A stretch of DNA of 64,000 bases. Origin: a virus. Position numbers and translations under genes: made by a program. This document shows, in pieces, positions 18,891 to 28,636 of the stretch. The notes beneath the pieces are model-generated. The model was given only the letters and a program-made list of their open reading frames with translations. It did no database searches and was not told the DNA's origin. Position 1 is the first letter of the stretch; every line of letters starts with the position of its first letter. Where the stretch lies: IMG/VR virus record IMGVR_UViG_3300031576_000030, positions 1 to 64,000 of that record. One strand, given 5' to 3'.

Positions 18891-19774
18891 GGGGGGAAGA
18901 CGGCGCTAAGTTCAGCCCGCGTCGCCTCGGCGGTGTAGCGTTGCGACCAAGCATACGCCTGCTGCCACATCTTGCTGCGCAGGTCGGCGTCGCCGCGCAA
19001 GAGAACCATCTGCTCCAGGATGGCCGAAAGATACTCCTGCACAGGATAGCGGCCCGTCTCCGGATCCTGGACGACCAGCGCCGTCTCGCGGTGAAACATG
19101 AACTCGTTTCCACCCTGGCCGGTCGTGCCGACCACAATCGTGCCCATGCGCATGGCCTCCAGGCAGGCCATTGGGAATCCCTCGGGGTGATTGAGATGTA
19201 TGTAAAACTCGCAATCGGCCAACTTCGCCGCCATCTGCCGCTGCGTCAGCGCTTCGGTCACGTATTCCACTGGGAAGCCACTCGCCTCCAGTAGATCTCG
19301 CATCTGGGCATGGTAAGGATTGCGGCGGGCGATGACCAAGGTGCGATTCGACTGCTTGGGCGTCGGATTCCACACGTCGTCGTCCAGGAAGGGCGTGATC
19401 TTGCCGAGGGGCTTGACTCGATAGGTGCGCTCCACCCAATTCGCCAGGTAACGACTACACACCAAGACCTCACTGTCCTGATAATCGAGTTCCTTCACCA
19501 GCCATTGGCGGTTCTGGATAAAGAGAATCTGCCGGGCGTAGACGGCGGGCAACGGCCACATGACTTCGGGGACGATCACCGTGTCCGAAGATCGGGGCGG
19601 CTCGCTGGCGATGGCCTGCGACGGCACGGGATGCGCGTCCCACCACACGTCGAACGGCTCAACCTGGTGAACGAACGAGGCCACACCCAAATCGTTGAGC
19701 ATGTGGGCCAGGCGATGGATAAACCAACACCCTCCCGAAGGCGCATCCGGTTTCGGACATAGCCAGCAGATCAT
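18887..19774 (-). CDS. glycosyltransferase, GT4-like
   Basis: PSGG N-terminus, EGFPMACLEAMRMG. Confidence 0.85.
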   Translation of the reverse strand: MICWLCPKPDAPSGGCWFIHRLAHMLNDLGVASFVHQVEPFDVWWDAHPVPSQAIASEPPRSSDTVIVPEVMWPLPAVYARQILFIQNRQWLVKELDYQDSEVLVCSRYLANWVERTYRVKPLGKITPFLDDDVWNPTPKQSNRTLVIARRNPYHAQMRDLLEASGFPVEYVTEALTQRQMAAKLADCEFYIHLNHPEGFPMACLEAMRMGTIVVGTTGQGGNEFMFHRETALVVQDPETGRYPVQEYLSAILEQMVLLRGDADLRSKMWQQAYAWSQRYTAEATRAELSAVFPP

Positions 19775-20601
19775 GTCAGCCTCACCGCGAAGTCAGTCCA
19801 ATCGGTCGTGACCCACTTTTTGAAAAATATCTTGAGCCCTTCTTGCTCGGTCTCCCATTTTTCCGGTGCCATCTGCATCTTCTCCTCCAAAGTCCGCCCG
19901 CGCGTCCTGCCCTCCAGATGATAGGCCCAGGCATAGCCGTTGTAAAAAATCGGCAGCCCGGCCACCATGCAGTCCAGCCCATAGTCGATGTCCTCCACCG
20001 CCATGCCGAAGCGCTCGTCCAAGAGACCCACGATCAGCATCGCTGCCCGGCTGATGGCGTACAGCGCGCCGCTGACCAGCATAGGCCGGATGCTGACGGC
20101 CATCGGGTGGTCGCGCGGATAGCCGCGCAGCGCATGATCCCAATAGCCAGGGATCGGTTGCCCCTGGGCGGGCACGAAGACCACCCCACCATGCTGCACC
20201 GTGTCGTCGGGATAGAGCAGGCGGGTGCCAACCACGCCCGCACCCAGGATGTTGAGACTGTCGCACAGGATCTGCAAGGTCGGGCATCCCTGGAACACGA
20301 TGTCGTTGTTGACCAGGACACAGGACAGGCCGGTGGCCTGGCGCAAACCGGCGTTGCAGGCCTTGGCGAAACCGCCGTTCTGACTCTGGTGAATCAAACG
20401 CGCCTGGTGCGACTCGCACACCTGATTGAGTTCGGCCACCGTCGCCTCGTCCGAGCCGTCGTCGACCACGATCACCTCGGGCGACACCTGCGAGTGAGTC
20501 TGGCGCAGCGAGCGCAGGCACTCAGCGGTCAGCGCCACCCCGCCTTTGCCCCAGGTGGGGATGACGACAGAGAACCAGGGCTGGATAAGTTTCAGGGCCA
20601 C
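19771..20601 (-). CDS. glycosyltransferase family 2
   Basis: SVVIPT, VVDDGS, GFAKACNAG, VNND, EDIDY, YHLEG. Confidence 0.9.
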   Translation of the reverse strand: MALKLIQPWFSVVIPTWGKGGVALTAECLRSLRQTHSQVSPEVIVVDDGSDEATVAELNQVCESHQARLIHQSQNGGFAKACNAGLRQATGLSCVLVNNDIVFQGCPTLQILCDSLNILGAGVVGTRLLYPDDTVQHGGVVFVPAQGQPIPGYWDHALRGYPRDHPMAVSIRPMLVSGALYAISRAAMLIVGLLDERFGMAVEDIDYGLDCMVAGLPIFYNGYAWAYHLEGRTRGRTLEEKMQMAPEKWETEQEGLKIFFKKWVTTDWTDFAVRLT

Positions 20602-21563
20602 AGCATCTCCTCATACAGCCGCACTGCCTCGTCGTTCATCAAGCAATCCCGCTGCGCCGCCCGCCTTCCTTCCCAGCCGATCTCCTGCCGCAACGCCTCA
20701 TCTTCCACCAGGCGCGCCAGGGCTTCCACCCAGGCCGAGACCGTATTGGGTACGAGGCTGCCGCCGCCGTTCTTCCACAAGCGATATTCTCCCTCGGCGC
20801 TTGCCACGAAGGGCACCGCCGCCGCGCCGTACTCACGCAGTTTCAAGTCGCTGCGCGCCTGGTCGTACACGCCCGACAGGGGCGCGAGTCCGATGTCGAA
20901 ACTCCTCACCATGTCCGGCCACTCCTCGAACGGCTTCCAGGAACGGTCAGTGAACTGCACCCCAAATCGATGGAGCGGATCGGAGGCCACCGCCCCACAC
21001 ACGCGCACCTTCACCTGGGGGTATCGCCGCTGGATGTCGGCCAGGGCCTGGGCGAAGACCGGGTTCTGCCAGGTGACGAGGTGTCCCAGGCTGCCTCCCC
21101 AGCCGATCACGACCGAACCGCTCATCTCTTTTTCTTTGGGGATGGGCCACAACTCCGGATCCAAGTAATTGCGTAACAGTTCCGCATGATACAGGCGAGT
21201 CAACTCCACAGACGGCACCACAGTCTTTTCCACATGACCGATCACCTCCAATAACTTTTTGACGGAACCGGACTTCTTCCAATAGTTCCAGGGTCCCGTC
21301 ATGTTGCGTGGGATGTGCAGGTAATCGTCGTCGAAGGTCAGCACCACCCGCTGAGCCCCCAGGCTGCGCAGCGGTTGCAGTAATTCGTCGGCGAACACCC
21401 GCTCGACCAATACCGTGGACGACATTTTGTCCAGTGTCAACATGAGGTGGCGACACAGGACGATCTCGTGTCCCGCCTTCTGCAAATACTTGGCCGGGAT
21501 GAAGATTCGGTAATGACTGGTATTGTAGGGCTGATCGTCGGCGAAGATGAACGTCGCCTTCAT
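20592..21563 (-). CDS. glycosyltransferase, GT-B
   Basis: YRIFIP, FDDD, IGWGGS..H, FDIGLAPL, SDLKLREY. Confidence 0.85.
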   Translation of the reverse strand: MKATFIFADDQPYNTSHYRIFIPAKYLQKAGHEIVLCRHLMLTLDKMSSTVLVERVFADELLQPLRSLGAQRVVLTFDDDYLHIPRNMTGPWNYWKKSGSVKKLLEVIGHVEKTVVPSVELTRLYHAELLRNYLDPELWPIPKEKEMSGSVVIGWGGSLGHLVTWQNPVFAQALADIQRRYPQVKVRVCGAVASDPLHRFGVQFTDRSWKPFEEWPDMVRSFDIGLAPLSGVYDQARSDLKLREYGAAAVPFVASAEGEYRLWKNGGGSLVPNTVSAWVEALARLVEDEALRQEIGWEGRRAAQRDCLMNDEAVRLYEEMLWP

Positions 21564-23785
21564 CGCCTCGTGCGTCTCACATTCGTCTCCGCTTCGATTC
21601 CTGCCTGCCTCAAAATCTCGCTCATCTCGTTTTCGGTCACGCCCCGGATGCCGAAGTCCAGGTCATTGCCCGCGCCGCTGAAGCGCAGGCGGATGGGGGC
21701 CATGCTGCACATCTCATTGGGGTGCAACGACAGGAACGGTTCGTCGATGGAGTGCAGGATCTGCGCGTCGGCCAAGCACAGAGGGCAAGGACCCGACCGC
21801 GACAGTTCGGGGTGCAATGCCCGCCGCCAGTGGGTCGCGCCGCGTTCCTCCATCGCCGCCTGCACCCCCTGCAGATAGGCCATTCGATGGCCTTCCTCGC
21901 CATACATCAGCGTGCGGCGCTGCACGTCCATCTGCGTTGTATTATTTTCTAAGTCCCCCAGGAAATGGTCGGCGAACTTGTTGATGAACGGCGCGGCAAA
22001 ACCCCGCCAGGGTTCTGGCACCTGAGGCAGCATCCCGCCCGCGTCCCGGTAGCCCATCAAGCCGAAGTCGTCGAGTTGGGCAACGTTGACGCGCTTCAAC
22101 TCCGCGATGAACGCGGCAGGGTTCTCCGGCAGGAATTCGTGGTAGGCCGCCAAGAGCAAGGCCAGATAAGCGCGGCGCTTGCGCTCCACCTCATCGTTGC
22201 GGGCAGCGTTGACCTGGATCGGCTTGCCTTGGGGAGCGCTGGCCGCATTCTGTGTCGCGCCGTTCGGCCCCACGGTCGTCTGACTGTAGGTCGGCGGCGC
22301 GAACCATAACTCGGCCTCGTTCGCCTTGCGGATGCCCTCTTTCGCCTGACGCTCAGCCTCGTAGTTCTGGCCGGACTGGGCCAGGGTCGTTTGCGGCGAC
22401 AACAGGCCCGCTTGGAACAACGGCAGCAGGCGGTCGCGGATGGACGTGCGCAGTTCCAGGGCGTTGGATGAAAATACCACCTCCGTCTCGCGCGCCGCTC
22501 GCAGCCAGGCCTCGCCTTTCTTGCTAGTTTTCCCATAGTTCAATCGGAAGCGGCGTTCCCACCACAAGAGTTGGCGGCGCATGTATTCAAATTTCTCGAT
22601 CATCAGGTCGGCGTCCACCTCGAAGTCCGCGCCGCGCTCGGTGGGCAAGGTGTTGCCGGTGGAGCCGCGCATGCTGATGCCGAGACGCCGGAAGATGTCC
22701 AGGCTCAACGTCCACCAGGTCTCGGAGGCGATGATCTCTCCCGTCACGCCCGGCGTGATGACCTTAACATCCAGACCACCCCACCAGGCCATCTTGCCCG
22801 TGCGCTCGCCGGACAGACCGTCGACGTCGTCCCGTAGTTTCTTCATCATCTCCGGCGAAGGCTTGTGTTCCATATCACCCAGCAGAAACAGCCATAGGAT
22901 GTGGCGGTATCCTTCAAAGATCGCCCGCCGCATCTCCTCGTAGATGATGCGTGTGCTCAGGGCGCGGAACGCGCCTTGCATGTGCGGCTTGGGGTAGGCC
23001 TCCCAGCGCTGGTCGAGTCCGCGCACCGAATCGACCATGCCATCCTTGATCAAGAACTCGCCGGTCGGCGCGATCTCGCCGATCTGAAAGAACGCCTGGT
23101 AGTAGTCCACCGGCAATAGCGTTTTGAGCGCTGTTTCCGTCCATTCACCCGAGGCCGGATTTACGAACGAGATGTGCGACAGGTGGCTGCCGACCGACAC
23201 GTAGGGCGGCGGCAGCAGGAGAATGCCGCGCAATTTTCCATTTTCGTAGACGGTCAAGGGGTGGGCGACGCCGAAGACGGCCACCGATAGCCACATGCTG
23301 GCTAACATGCTTTGCAAATCCAGGCCGTCTACGTCATACAGCATCTCGAGTTCTTGTTTGACTTCCAGGCTGGGGCCGCGGATCTCCAGGTCGCGCATGG
23401 AGACCTGGATGGGCGTCTCGAAGGCCGAGGCCACGTCGCCCTCCGAACGGTAGTAGAACCGAGCCAGCCGGTAGCCGCTCAAGATGTTGCCGGGGATAGG
23501 GAACGGCTTAGTGGCTGGCCCTGCCTCCTGTGGGGTGAAGGGGGAGAACTCACCGGCGATGAAGTTCTCCAGGCGCTCGGCGGCAGACGACTTGACATCC
23601 ACGCCCTGCCGCAGCACCGCGCCGAAGGCCGACAGGTCGTCGGTCAGGTTCGCCAGGGCCTGCGCCCGGGTGGTAAACTTTCCGCCGGCGCTGCGCCATT
23701 TTCCCGCCACCGTGTCGTAGCCCGATTGGATGCCCGACAGCCACAACGGGTCGTCGGCCTGCTTGACATTTTTGGGTTTCGCCAT
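21560..23785 (-). CDS. portal protein fused to MuF/gp7-like minor head domain
   Basis: position after TerL; portal-sized N-terminal region; C-terminal WR..CPLC..LHPNEMCS motif of MuF. Confidence 0.7.
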   Translation of the reverse strand: MAKPKNVKQADDPLWLSGIQSGYDTVAGKWRSAGGKFTTRAQALANLTDDLSAFGAVLRQGVDVKSSAAERLENFIAGEFSPFTPQEAGPATKPFPIPGNILSGYRLARFYYRSEGDVASAFETPIQVSMRDLEIRGPSLEVKQELEMLYDVDGLDLQSMLASMWLSVAVFGVAHPLTVYENGKLRGILLLPPPYVSVGSHLSHISFVNPASGEWTETALKTLLPVDYYQAFFQIGEIAPTGEFLIKDGMVDSVRGLDQRWEAYPKPHMQGAFRALSTRIIYEEMRRAIFEGYRHILWLFLLGDMEHKPSPEMMKKLRDDVDGLSGERTGKMAWWGGLDVKVITPGVTGEIIASETWWTLSLDIFRRLGISMRGSTGNTLPTERGADFEVDADLMIEKFEYMRRQLLWWERRFRLNYGKTSKKGEAWLRAARETEVVFSSNALELRTSIRDRLLPLFQAGLLSPQTTLAQSGQNYEAERQAKEGIRKANEAELWFAPPTYSQTTVGPNGATQNAASAPQGKPIQVNAARNDEVERKRRAYLALLLAAYHEFLPENPAAFIAELKRVNVAQLDDFGLMGYRDAGGMLPQVPEPWRGFAAPFINKFADHFLGDLENNTTQMDVQRRTLMYGEEGHRMAYLQGVQAAMEERGATHWRRALHPELSRSGPCPLCLADAQILHSIDEPFLSLHPNEMCSMAPIRLRFSGAGNDLDFGIRGVTENEMSEILRQAGIEAETNVRRTRR

Positions 23786-23786
23786 G

Positions 23787-23830
23787 AAAATCGCCTGTAC
23801 AGGGTTTGGGGAGCCTGTACAGGCGATTTT
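23787..23830. repeat. perfect 17-bp inverted repeat
   Basis: AAAATCGCCTGTACAGG (23787-23803) / CCTGTACAGGCGATTTT (23814-23830). Confidence 0.95.
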
Positions 23831-23866
23831 ACTCCAATTTCGTCGGCGAGTCAATCAACAAAATAG

Positions 23867-24250
23867 ATGAAGGCAAACTCATTCCACCTGACCGCTGGAT
23901 CGCGTGCCCACCTGTTGTTGTTGATCGCCTATCGCCTGGGGTTGTCCGAGAACTTGACCTCGGCCCGCACCGACGCCCAACTGGTGGCCCTGCTGCGCGA
24001 CCTGCCCCACTGTCAATACCACCTGCATGCCCTGGACGGCCTGCGCCCCCTGCACGACATTCACCACACCCTGGGCCGCCTGCCCTCCCAGGACTGGCCG
24101 CAATACTGCATCGGCCTGTGCGCCGAGTGCCATCGCCGAGTGGAGAATGGCCTGGGATGCCCCGACCGCCAGGAACTGATCGAACTGGCCGAGCGCCTCA
24201 CCAGGGCGCAACCCAATCGACTGCTTTTCCAACCCAGCCCATCACACTGA
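23867..24250 (+). CDS. small HNH-like nuclease
   Basis: C..DIHH..CIGLCAECHRRV; antisense between TerL and portal. Confidence 0.6.
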   Translation: MKANSFHLTAGSRAHLLLLIAYRLGLSENLTSARTDAQLVALLRDLPHCQYHLHALDGLRPLHDIHHTLGRLPSQDWPQYCIGLCAECHRRVENGLGCPDRQELIELAERLTRAQPNRLLFQPSPSH

Positions 24251-25796
24251 TCAGACCCGTCTCGTCCTCGTCGACGGGTTTCTCCAGAGAATGCTGGATG
24301 GCATCCGCTAGGTGGCGCAGCGCATCGGTATTGTGATCCATCATCACGCCGGTGTGGTCGGGATCGGGCGGGCCGTAATAAATGATGCGGCCATGCTCCC
24401 CTTTGCGCTCGGTGGTGCCGGTCAACTCCTCGACCATCTCCATGTCGTTTCCCAGGATAAACTGCCGCCCGGCCAGCGACAGGTTGGCGTTGATCATCCA
24501 CTGCCGGATGTTTTCGGTCAGGTACTGTTTCACCCAGGTCATGGCGGGCATTATCTTCCCGGTCTTGGGGTCGGACTCCAACAGGAGTTTGCCCGACTCG
24601 TCCAACAGCGGCGTGACACCACCCGGTATGGTGCGGTGAAACCGATCCGCCAGATGCGGGTCTTTGTCTTGCAGAGATTGGATGGCCTCGCCCTTGTCGC
24701 AACACACCGCCCCCAATGTGCCGAGCAACGTGCGATGATACAGATGGCGCAATACCCGGATCTGTAACGGCAGCGGCACCTGGCGCATGACGATGCGCGC
24801 GTAGCATTCCCAGCGGTCTATCGGGCCGCGGCGATAGGCGATGAGCAACACGGAGGGGTCGGGGCTGTAGCCGTAGTCCCAGCCGATGCAGAATATATCC
24901 GCCCGAACCGCGGGCAATCCCAGGGCCAGGGCCACCGCCGAATCGTCGTTGCGCAGCGCCGAGGTCAATAATTTGGTAAAGTAAGGCTGACTGCTCACAC
25001 TGATGGCGTCGGGTGGGAAGGACGACAAGAGTTCCTCGCCCCACTCTCCCAACACCTGAGTCTGGTAGCCCTGGGTGTTCTCACCTCCGTAGGCGTCGAT
25101 CAATTCCCTCTTCTTCTCCTCATCGTCGTAAATGGGGTTGACATAAGTATTGTACTTATGACGAGACCAATCCTTGCCCAGTTCTGTCTTATCGATGGCA
25201 TAGAAGGGCGTGTTGCGCACGCCATTGGGCACCCCCGAATACCACCAGGTGGCGTCGGGCAACGCCGTCTGTATGCGTGAATTGTGGCATATCCAGTTGC
25301 CAAAGGCCATCTCGTCGCCCAGGATGTACTCGGCGCGCAGCCCCACCATGTTCTGGTCGGTGCCCGAAGTTCCCTCGATGCGAAAGTACCAGGCCAATCC
25401 ACCCGCGAACAACAGGCGCGGGGCCTCGCCGCGGCGCTTCTCTTTGAGGAAGGCATTGAAGAACGGGTTGCGGCTCAGGCGGGCCAGGATGCGGTCGAAG
25501 ATCGGCGCGAGATGGCTGTCGCGCGGGGCGAACATCAGCGCCTCGGTCAGCCCCTCGCGGTTGAAGTGGATGAGGCCCAGGCGGATGACCTTCGATTCGA
25601 TGCACAGTGTCTTGGCGATCTTGCGGCCCGTGCATACCGAGACCTTGCGCGAGCGATCCAACACCATGTATTTCTGCGCGACCGACATCTCCCGACTCAA
25701 ATCTTCCCGCCAAAAGAGCAATAGGAACAGCAGTTCGTCTTCCAGGCATAGGTAGAGGTATAGATCGTCGGGGTGGAGTTGGGTGCGCTTCCGCAT
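24198..25796 (-). CDS. terL: terminase large subunit
   Basis: Walker A TGRKIAKT, Walker B ILGDE, GVPNG coupling motif, nuclease IGWDYG and DHNTDALRH. Confidence 0.9.
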   Translation of the reverse strand: MRKRTQLHPDDLYLYLCLEDELLFLLLFWREDLSREMSVAQKYMVLDRSRKVSVCTGRKIAKTLCIESKVIRLGLIHFNREGLTEALMFAPRDSHLAPIFDRILARLSRNPFFNAFLKEKRRGEAPRLLFAGGLAWYFRIEGTSGTDQNMVGLRAEYILGDEMAFGNWICHNSRIQTALPDATWWYSGVPNGVRNTPFYAIDKTELGKDWSRHKYNTYVNPIYDDEEKKRELIDAYGGENTQGYQTQVLGEWGEELLSSFPPDAISVSSQPYFTKLLTSALRNDDSAVALALGLPAVRADIFCIGWDYGYSPDPSVLLIAYRRGPIDRWECYARIVMRQVPLPLQIRVLRHLYHRTLLGTLGAVCCDKGEAIQSLQDKDPHLADRFHRTIPGGVTPLLDESGKLLLESDPKTGKIMPAMTWVKQYLTENIRQWMINANLSLAGRQFILGNDMEMVEELTGTTERKGEHGRIIYYGPPDPDHTGVMMDHNTDALRHLADAIQHSLEKPVDEDETGLISVMGWVGKAVDWVAPW

Positions 25797-26533
25797 CAGA
25801 AGTTGGGCTGGCCGGTGCCCAAGGTGGCAAAGTTGTTGCAACGCGGGCAGGTGAACTCGAATCTCCAGGATACGCCGTTGGCGTCCAGGTGGAATAGGAT
25901 GATGCCCAGGTTGAATATGAATCCGTCCTCTTTGCAGTGGCGGCAGACGATCTGCCGCCCGCGCTGGTTGATGAGTTCGCGGGCCTCAGCCCGGATGCCC
26001 TGCACGATAGATACCACATCGCTCTCGCTGCCCCGCGACTCGCGGTCGATGCCCAGACCCTTTTCCAGCGACTGGAAGGCGGTCAGGGCGTTCTTGCGCA
26101 CGTCGGAGATGGTCTTGATGTCGCCGGCGCTGGGGTTACGGGCGTAGGCCAGGACTTTCAAGCGCTCGTCGAGCAATTCCAGGGTGAGTTGGATGCGGGC
26201 CATCTCGGTCAGCGCCACCATGTCGTTGGGGGTGGGGTCGGCGAAGTTCTTGAGATAGGACTCAACGATAGACTTGACCTGGGCTTCGTGGGCCTCGTGG
26301 CTGACACGATCCACCTGTATATTCGCCAGTGCCCGGCCAATCTTCTCCTGGCGGCCCTTGATGATGTAGCGCCGTAGGTCGTCGTCGTTCCAGCCATCGG
26401 GGTATTGGCTGTCTAAATCCTCGACCACGCCCTTGAGGTTGCGGTACTGGATCATCTCGGCGTTCGTGACCTTTTCGGGCCGGTCGATCCACGGGGGCAA
26501 ATTACTGGGGTCGATATTGCGCACGCGGGGCAT
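25796..26533 (-). CDS. putative terminase small subunit
   Basis: directly upstream of TerL with TGATG overlap; helical, LGIDRESR, C-terminal CxxC..CxxC. Confidence 0.6.
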   Translation of the reverse strand: MPRVRNIDPSNLPPWIDRPEKVTNAEMIQYRNLKGVVEDLDSQYPDGWNDDDLRRYIIKGRQEKIGRALANIQVDRVSHEAHEAQVKSIVESYLKNFADPTPNDMVALTEMARIQLTLELLDERLKVLAYARNPSAGDIKTISDVRKNALTAFQSLEKGLGIDRESRGSESDVVSIVQGIRAEARELINQRGRQIVCRHCKEDGFIFNLGIILFHLDANGVSWRFEFTCPRCNNFATLGTGQPNF

Positions 26534-26541
26534 GGAGGCGC

Positions 26542-26582
26542 ATTATGACTCACTAGACAGATCTTGTCAAAAGTGTTATGCT
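26542..26582. promoter_or_regulatory. overlapping divergent promoters
   Basis: minus: TTGACA (26570-26565)-17-CATAAT (26547-26542), 8 nt before TerS ATG; plus: TAGACA 26554-17-TATGCT 26577. Confidence 0.7.
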
Positions 26583-26630
26583 GTCCGTGTGTGGGGCGTC
26601 TTGCTAGTTGCGTGACGTTCCTCCTCCTCG

Positions 26631-26665
26631 CGGCCCGACCGAATCGCCTCCGGTCGGGCCGTTTT
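26631..26665 (+). terminator. intrinsic terminator
   Basis: CGGCCCGACCG/CGGTCGGGCCG 11-bp stem followed by TTTT. Confidence 0.8.
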
Positions 26666-26670
26666 GCCTC

Positions 26671-26698
26671 TTGACAGAACAAAATTCGGGTGTAGAAT
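26671..26698 (+). promoter_or_regulatory. promoter of replication operon
   Basis: TTGACA-16-TAGAAT. Confidence 0.6.
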
Positions 26699-26949
26699 TT
26701 CATCGGGCTGGAAAAAAACAGGGAGCGGCGTCGCAAACCGCCTATCGGTCAGGGGGCGGGATTTTCGTTGTGACGCCGCGAATCAGCCCCCCTCCCCCTG
26801 ACCCATGGGCGGTTTTGATTCTGAGGCGAAATGTTCGACCGGAATCTCTCCAACCACATCGACCGCACCCTCGTCAAGTTAGAGGCCAGCCACGGCATCC
26901 GCCGCTGGTGGTGGCGCATGGTCAAACGCTGGCTGGAACAACGAATCCC

Positions 26950-27867
26950 ATGAGGACCGATCCGCGTGTCCCGCTGGATGTGTTTCGTTCCGCCGGGTTG
27001 GACGCCAGCCGTTTCTTCCGCTCGGACTCCATCAGCGTCCGCGGCCCATGCTGGTGCGGCGGCCATCGACGTCTGGCCGTATGGTTGGCGAAGTGTAACT
27101 ATCAATGCGACGTATGCGGCAGGAAAGGCTTTTTGATAAACCGTAGACCGGACGCCAATACCCTGGCCCAGATGAAAGCCCAGGCGGCGCTGGCCGCCGA
27201 ACGACGCGACCGAGAACGCCTCGCCCGACTGACAGAGTACACTTCGCACGAACTATGGAATGAGTTGCACGACCGCCTGACCGACGACCACCGCATCTGG
27301 TGGGAGAACCAGGGGGTGCCACGAGATTGGCAGGATTATCTGAAGTTAGGCTACGACGCGCACCGCAAGTATCGCGGCCAAGATGGGCAGATCCACGTCT
27401 CACCTGCCTACACCATCCCCTTCTTCCACCGTGATTGGACATTCAAGACCATTCAGTTTCGCCTCAATTCAGTCCAGTATCCCCAGGAGCGCTATCGTTT
27501 CATCCAGGGCCTGGGCACTTGTTTCTACATGAGCACGCCCAACCAGCCGCTGGGCGACGAGGTATTGGTGGTCGAGGGAGCCAAAAAGGCGATGGTCGCC
27601 CACATTCACGGCTGGGGCGGCTGCGTCCTGGCCGTACCCTCCCGCTCAGACTTCGGCGGCATCCAACAGGCCGTCGCCGACTGCGGACGCTGTTATATCC
27701 TGCTCGATCCGGATGCCACGCCACAGGCATACAAGTTGGGCCGATCTATCGGGAAGTCGGCGCGCGTGGTAGAATTACCCGTCAAGGTGGACGATGGCCT
27801 GATGCAATATGGCCTGACACGTGATGGCCTGGCCAGCGCCCTGCGCTACGCCAAGCCAGTCCAGTAA
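26950..27867 (+). CDS. primase-like protein (Zn finger + TOPRIM)
   Basis: CWCGG..CDVC, VLVVEGAKKA, LLDPDA; ATG coupled to a 40-aa ORF starting 26831. Confidence 0.8.
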   Translation: MRTDPRVPLDVFRSAGLDASRFFRSDSISVRGPCWCGGHRRLAVWLAKCNYQCDVCGRKGFLINRRPDANTLAQMKAQAALAAERRDRERLARLTEYTSHELWNELHDRLTDDHRIWWENQGVPRDWQDYLKLGYDAHRKYRGQDGQIHVSPAYTIPFFHRDWTFKTIQFRLNSVQYPQERYRFIQGLGTCFYMSTPNQPLGDEVLVVEGAKKAMVAHIHGWGGCVLAVPSRSDFGGIQQAVADCGRCYILLDPDATPQAYKLGRSIGKSARVVELPVKVDDGLMQYGLTRDGLASALRYAKPVQ

Positions 27868-27869
27868 TC

Positions 27870-28215
27870 ACAACGGGCCGACCGAGACGGAGTGACGGTC
27901 GCGCCCCACATCGCACACGACGCCGAACATCACTCCAACTGTTACTGAGATCACGACGGGTTGCACCCCTAGCGAGACATTTCGTCTCCGGCCCGGACAA
28001 AACCGAGAACAGCGGGCTGCGGATAGACCGCATAGGTGGGTGGAAGGAAACTTCCTTTAGCGACCGGCCTCTACGCCGACTCCGCCGAACCTGCGGATTG
28101 TTCCCTCACACGGAAACGGAGCGGCGCACGCTGTCAGGGCGGCCCTGGGATGACTCCGTCTTTTCCCTGATCGGGAAGCGGATCGTTCCCCAACGCCTTT
28201 TCGTCGTGAAAGAAA
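27870..28215 (+). ncRNA. candidate structured ncRNA or replication origin
   Basis: ~350 nt without credible ORF, numerous stems incl. long-range 27874-27889 with 27983-27995. Confidence 0.45.
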
Positions 28216-28234
28216 AAAGACAAGGAGATGATCA

Positions 28235-28636
28235 ATGAGAACCAGATCGAGATTGGAAAATCAATTGAGAACCTGTTTACAACGACATCAGGTCAGCGAT
28301 GAGCAATTGATCGACGACCTGCTCAATATCCTGATGCCGGAACGGGTGCTGACCGACCAGCAGCAGATGATCGGGGCGCTGTGCCAGGTGATGCACTGGG
28401 CCAGCGAACTCAACGGCGGGCGAGTCGCGCCGTTGGCGAGTAAGTTGCTGCAGATGGGCGTGCGGCCCGAAACCATCCTGTCCGAGTACGGGCCGAGTGG
28501 CGGCTACTGGGAGCACGACTGGCGCGGCAGGCAGGGCGAAGTCCCCAACGAGCGCGCCATCTCCGAAACCATCTTGTTTGCCATCAACGGTTGGACAAAC
28601 GATAAACGCGGCGAACGGATGCCGGACGGCGTATGA
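28235..28636 (+). CDS. replication-associated protein (possible helicase loader)
   Basis: AAGGAG RBS; stop overlaps helicase start. Confidence 0.55.
   Translation: MRTRSRLENQLRTCLQRHQVSDEQLIDDLLNILMPERVLTDQQQMIGALCQVMHWASELNGGRVAPLASKLLQMGVRPETILSEYGPSGGYWEHDWRGRQGEVPNERAISETILFAINGWTNDKRGERMPDGV

Noticed and set aside
26608-26949. N-terminal extension of the primase ORF
   Set aside because: Spans a terminator, a promoter and a short coupled ORF; ATG 26950 is the better start.
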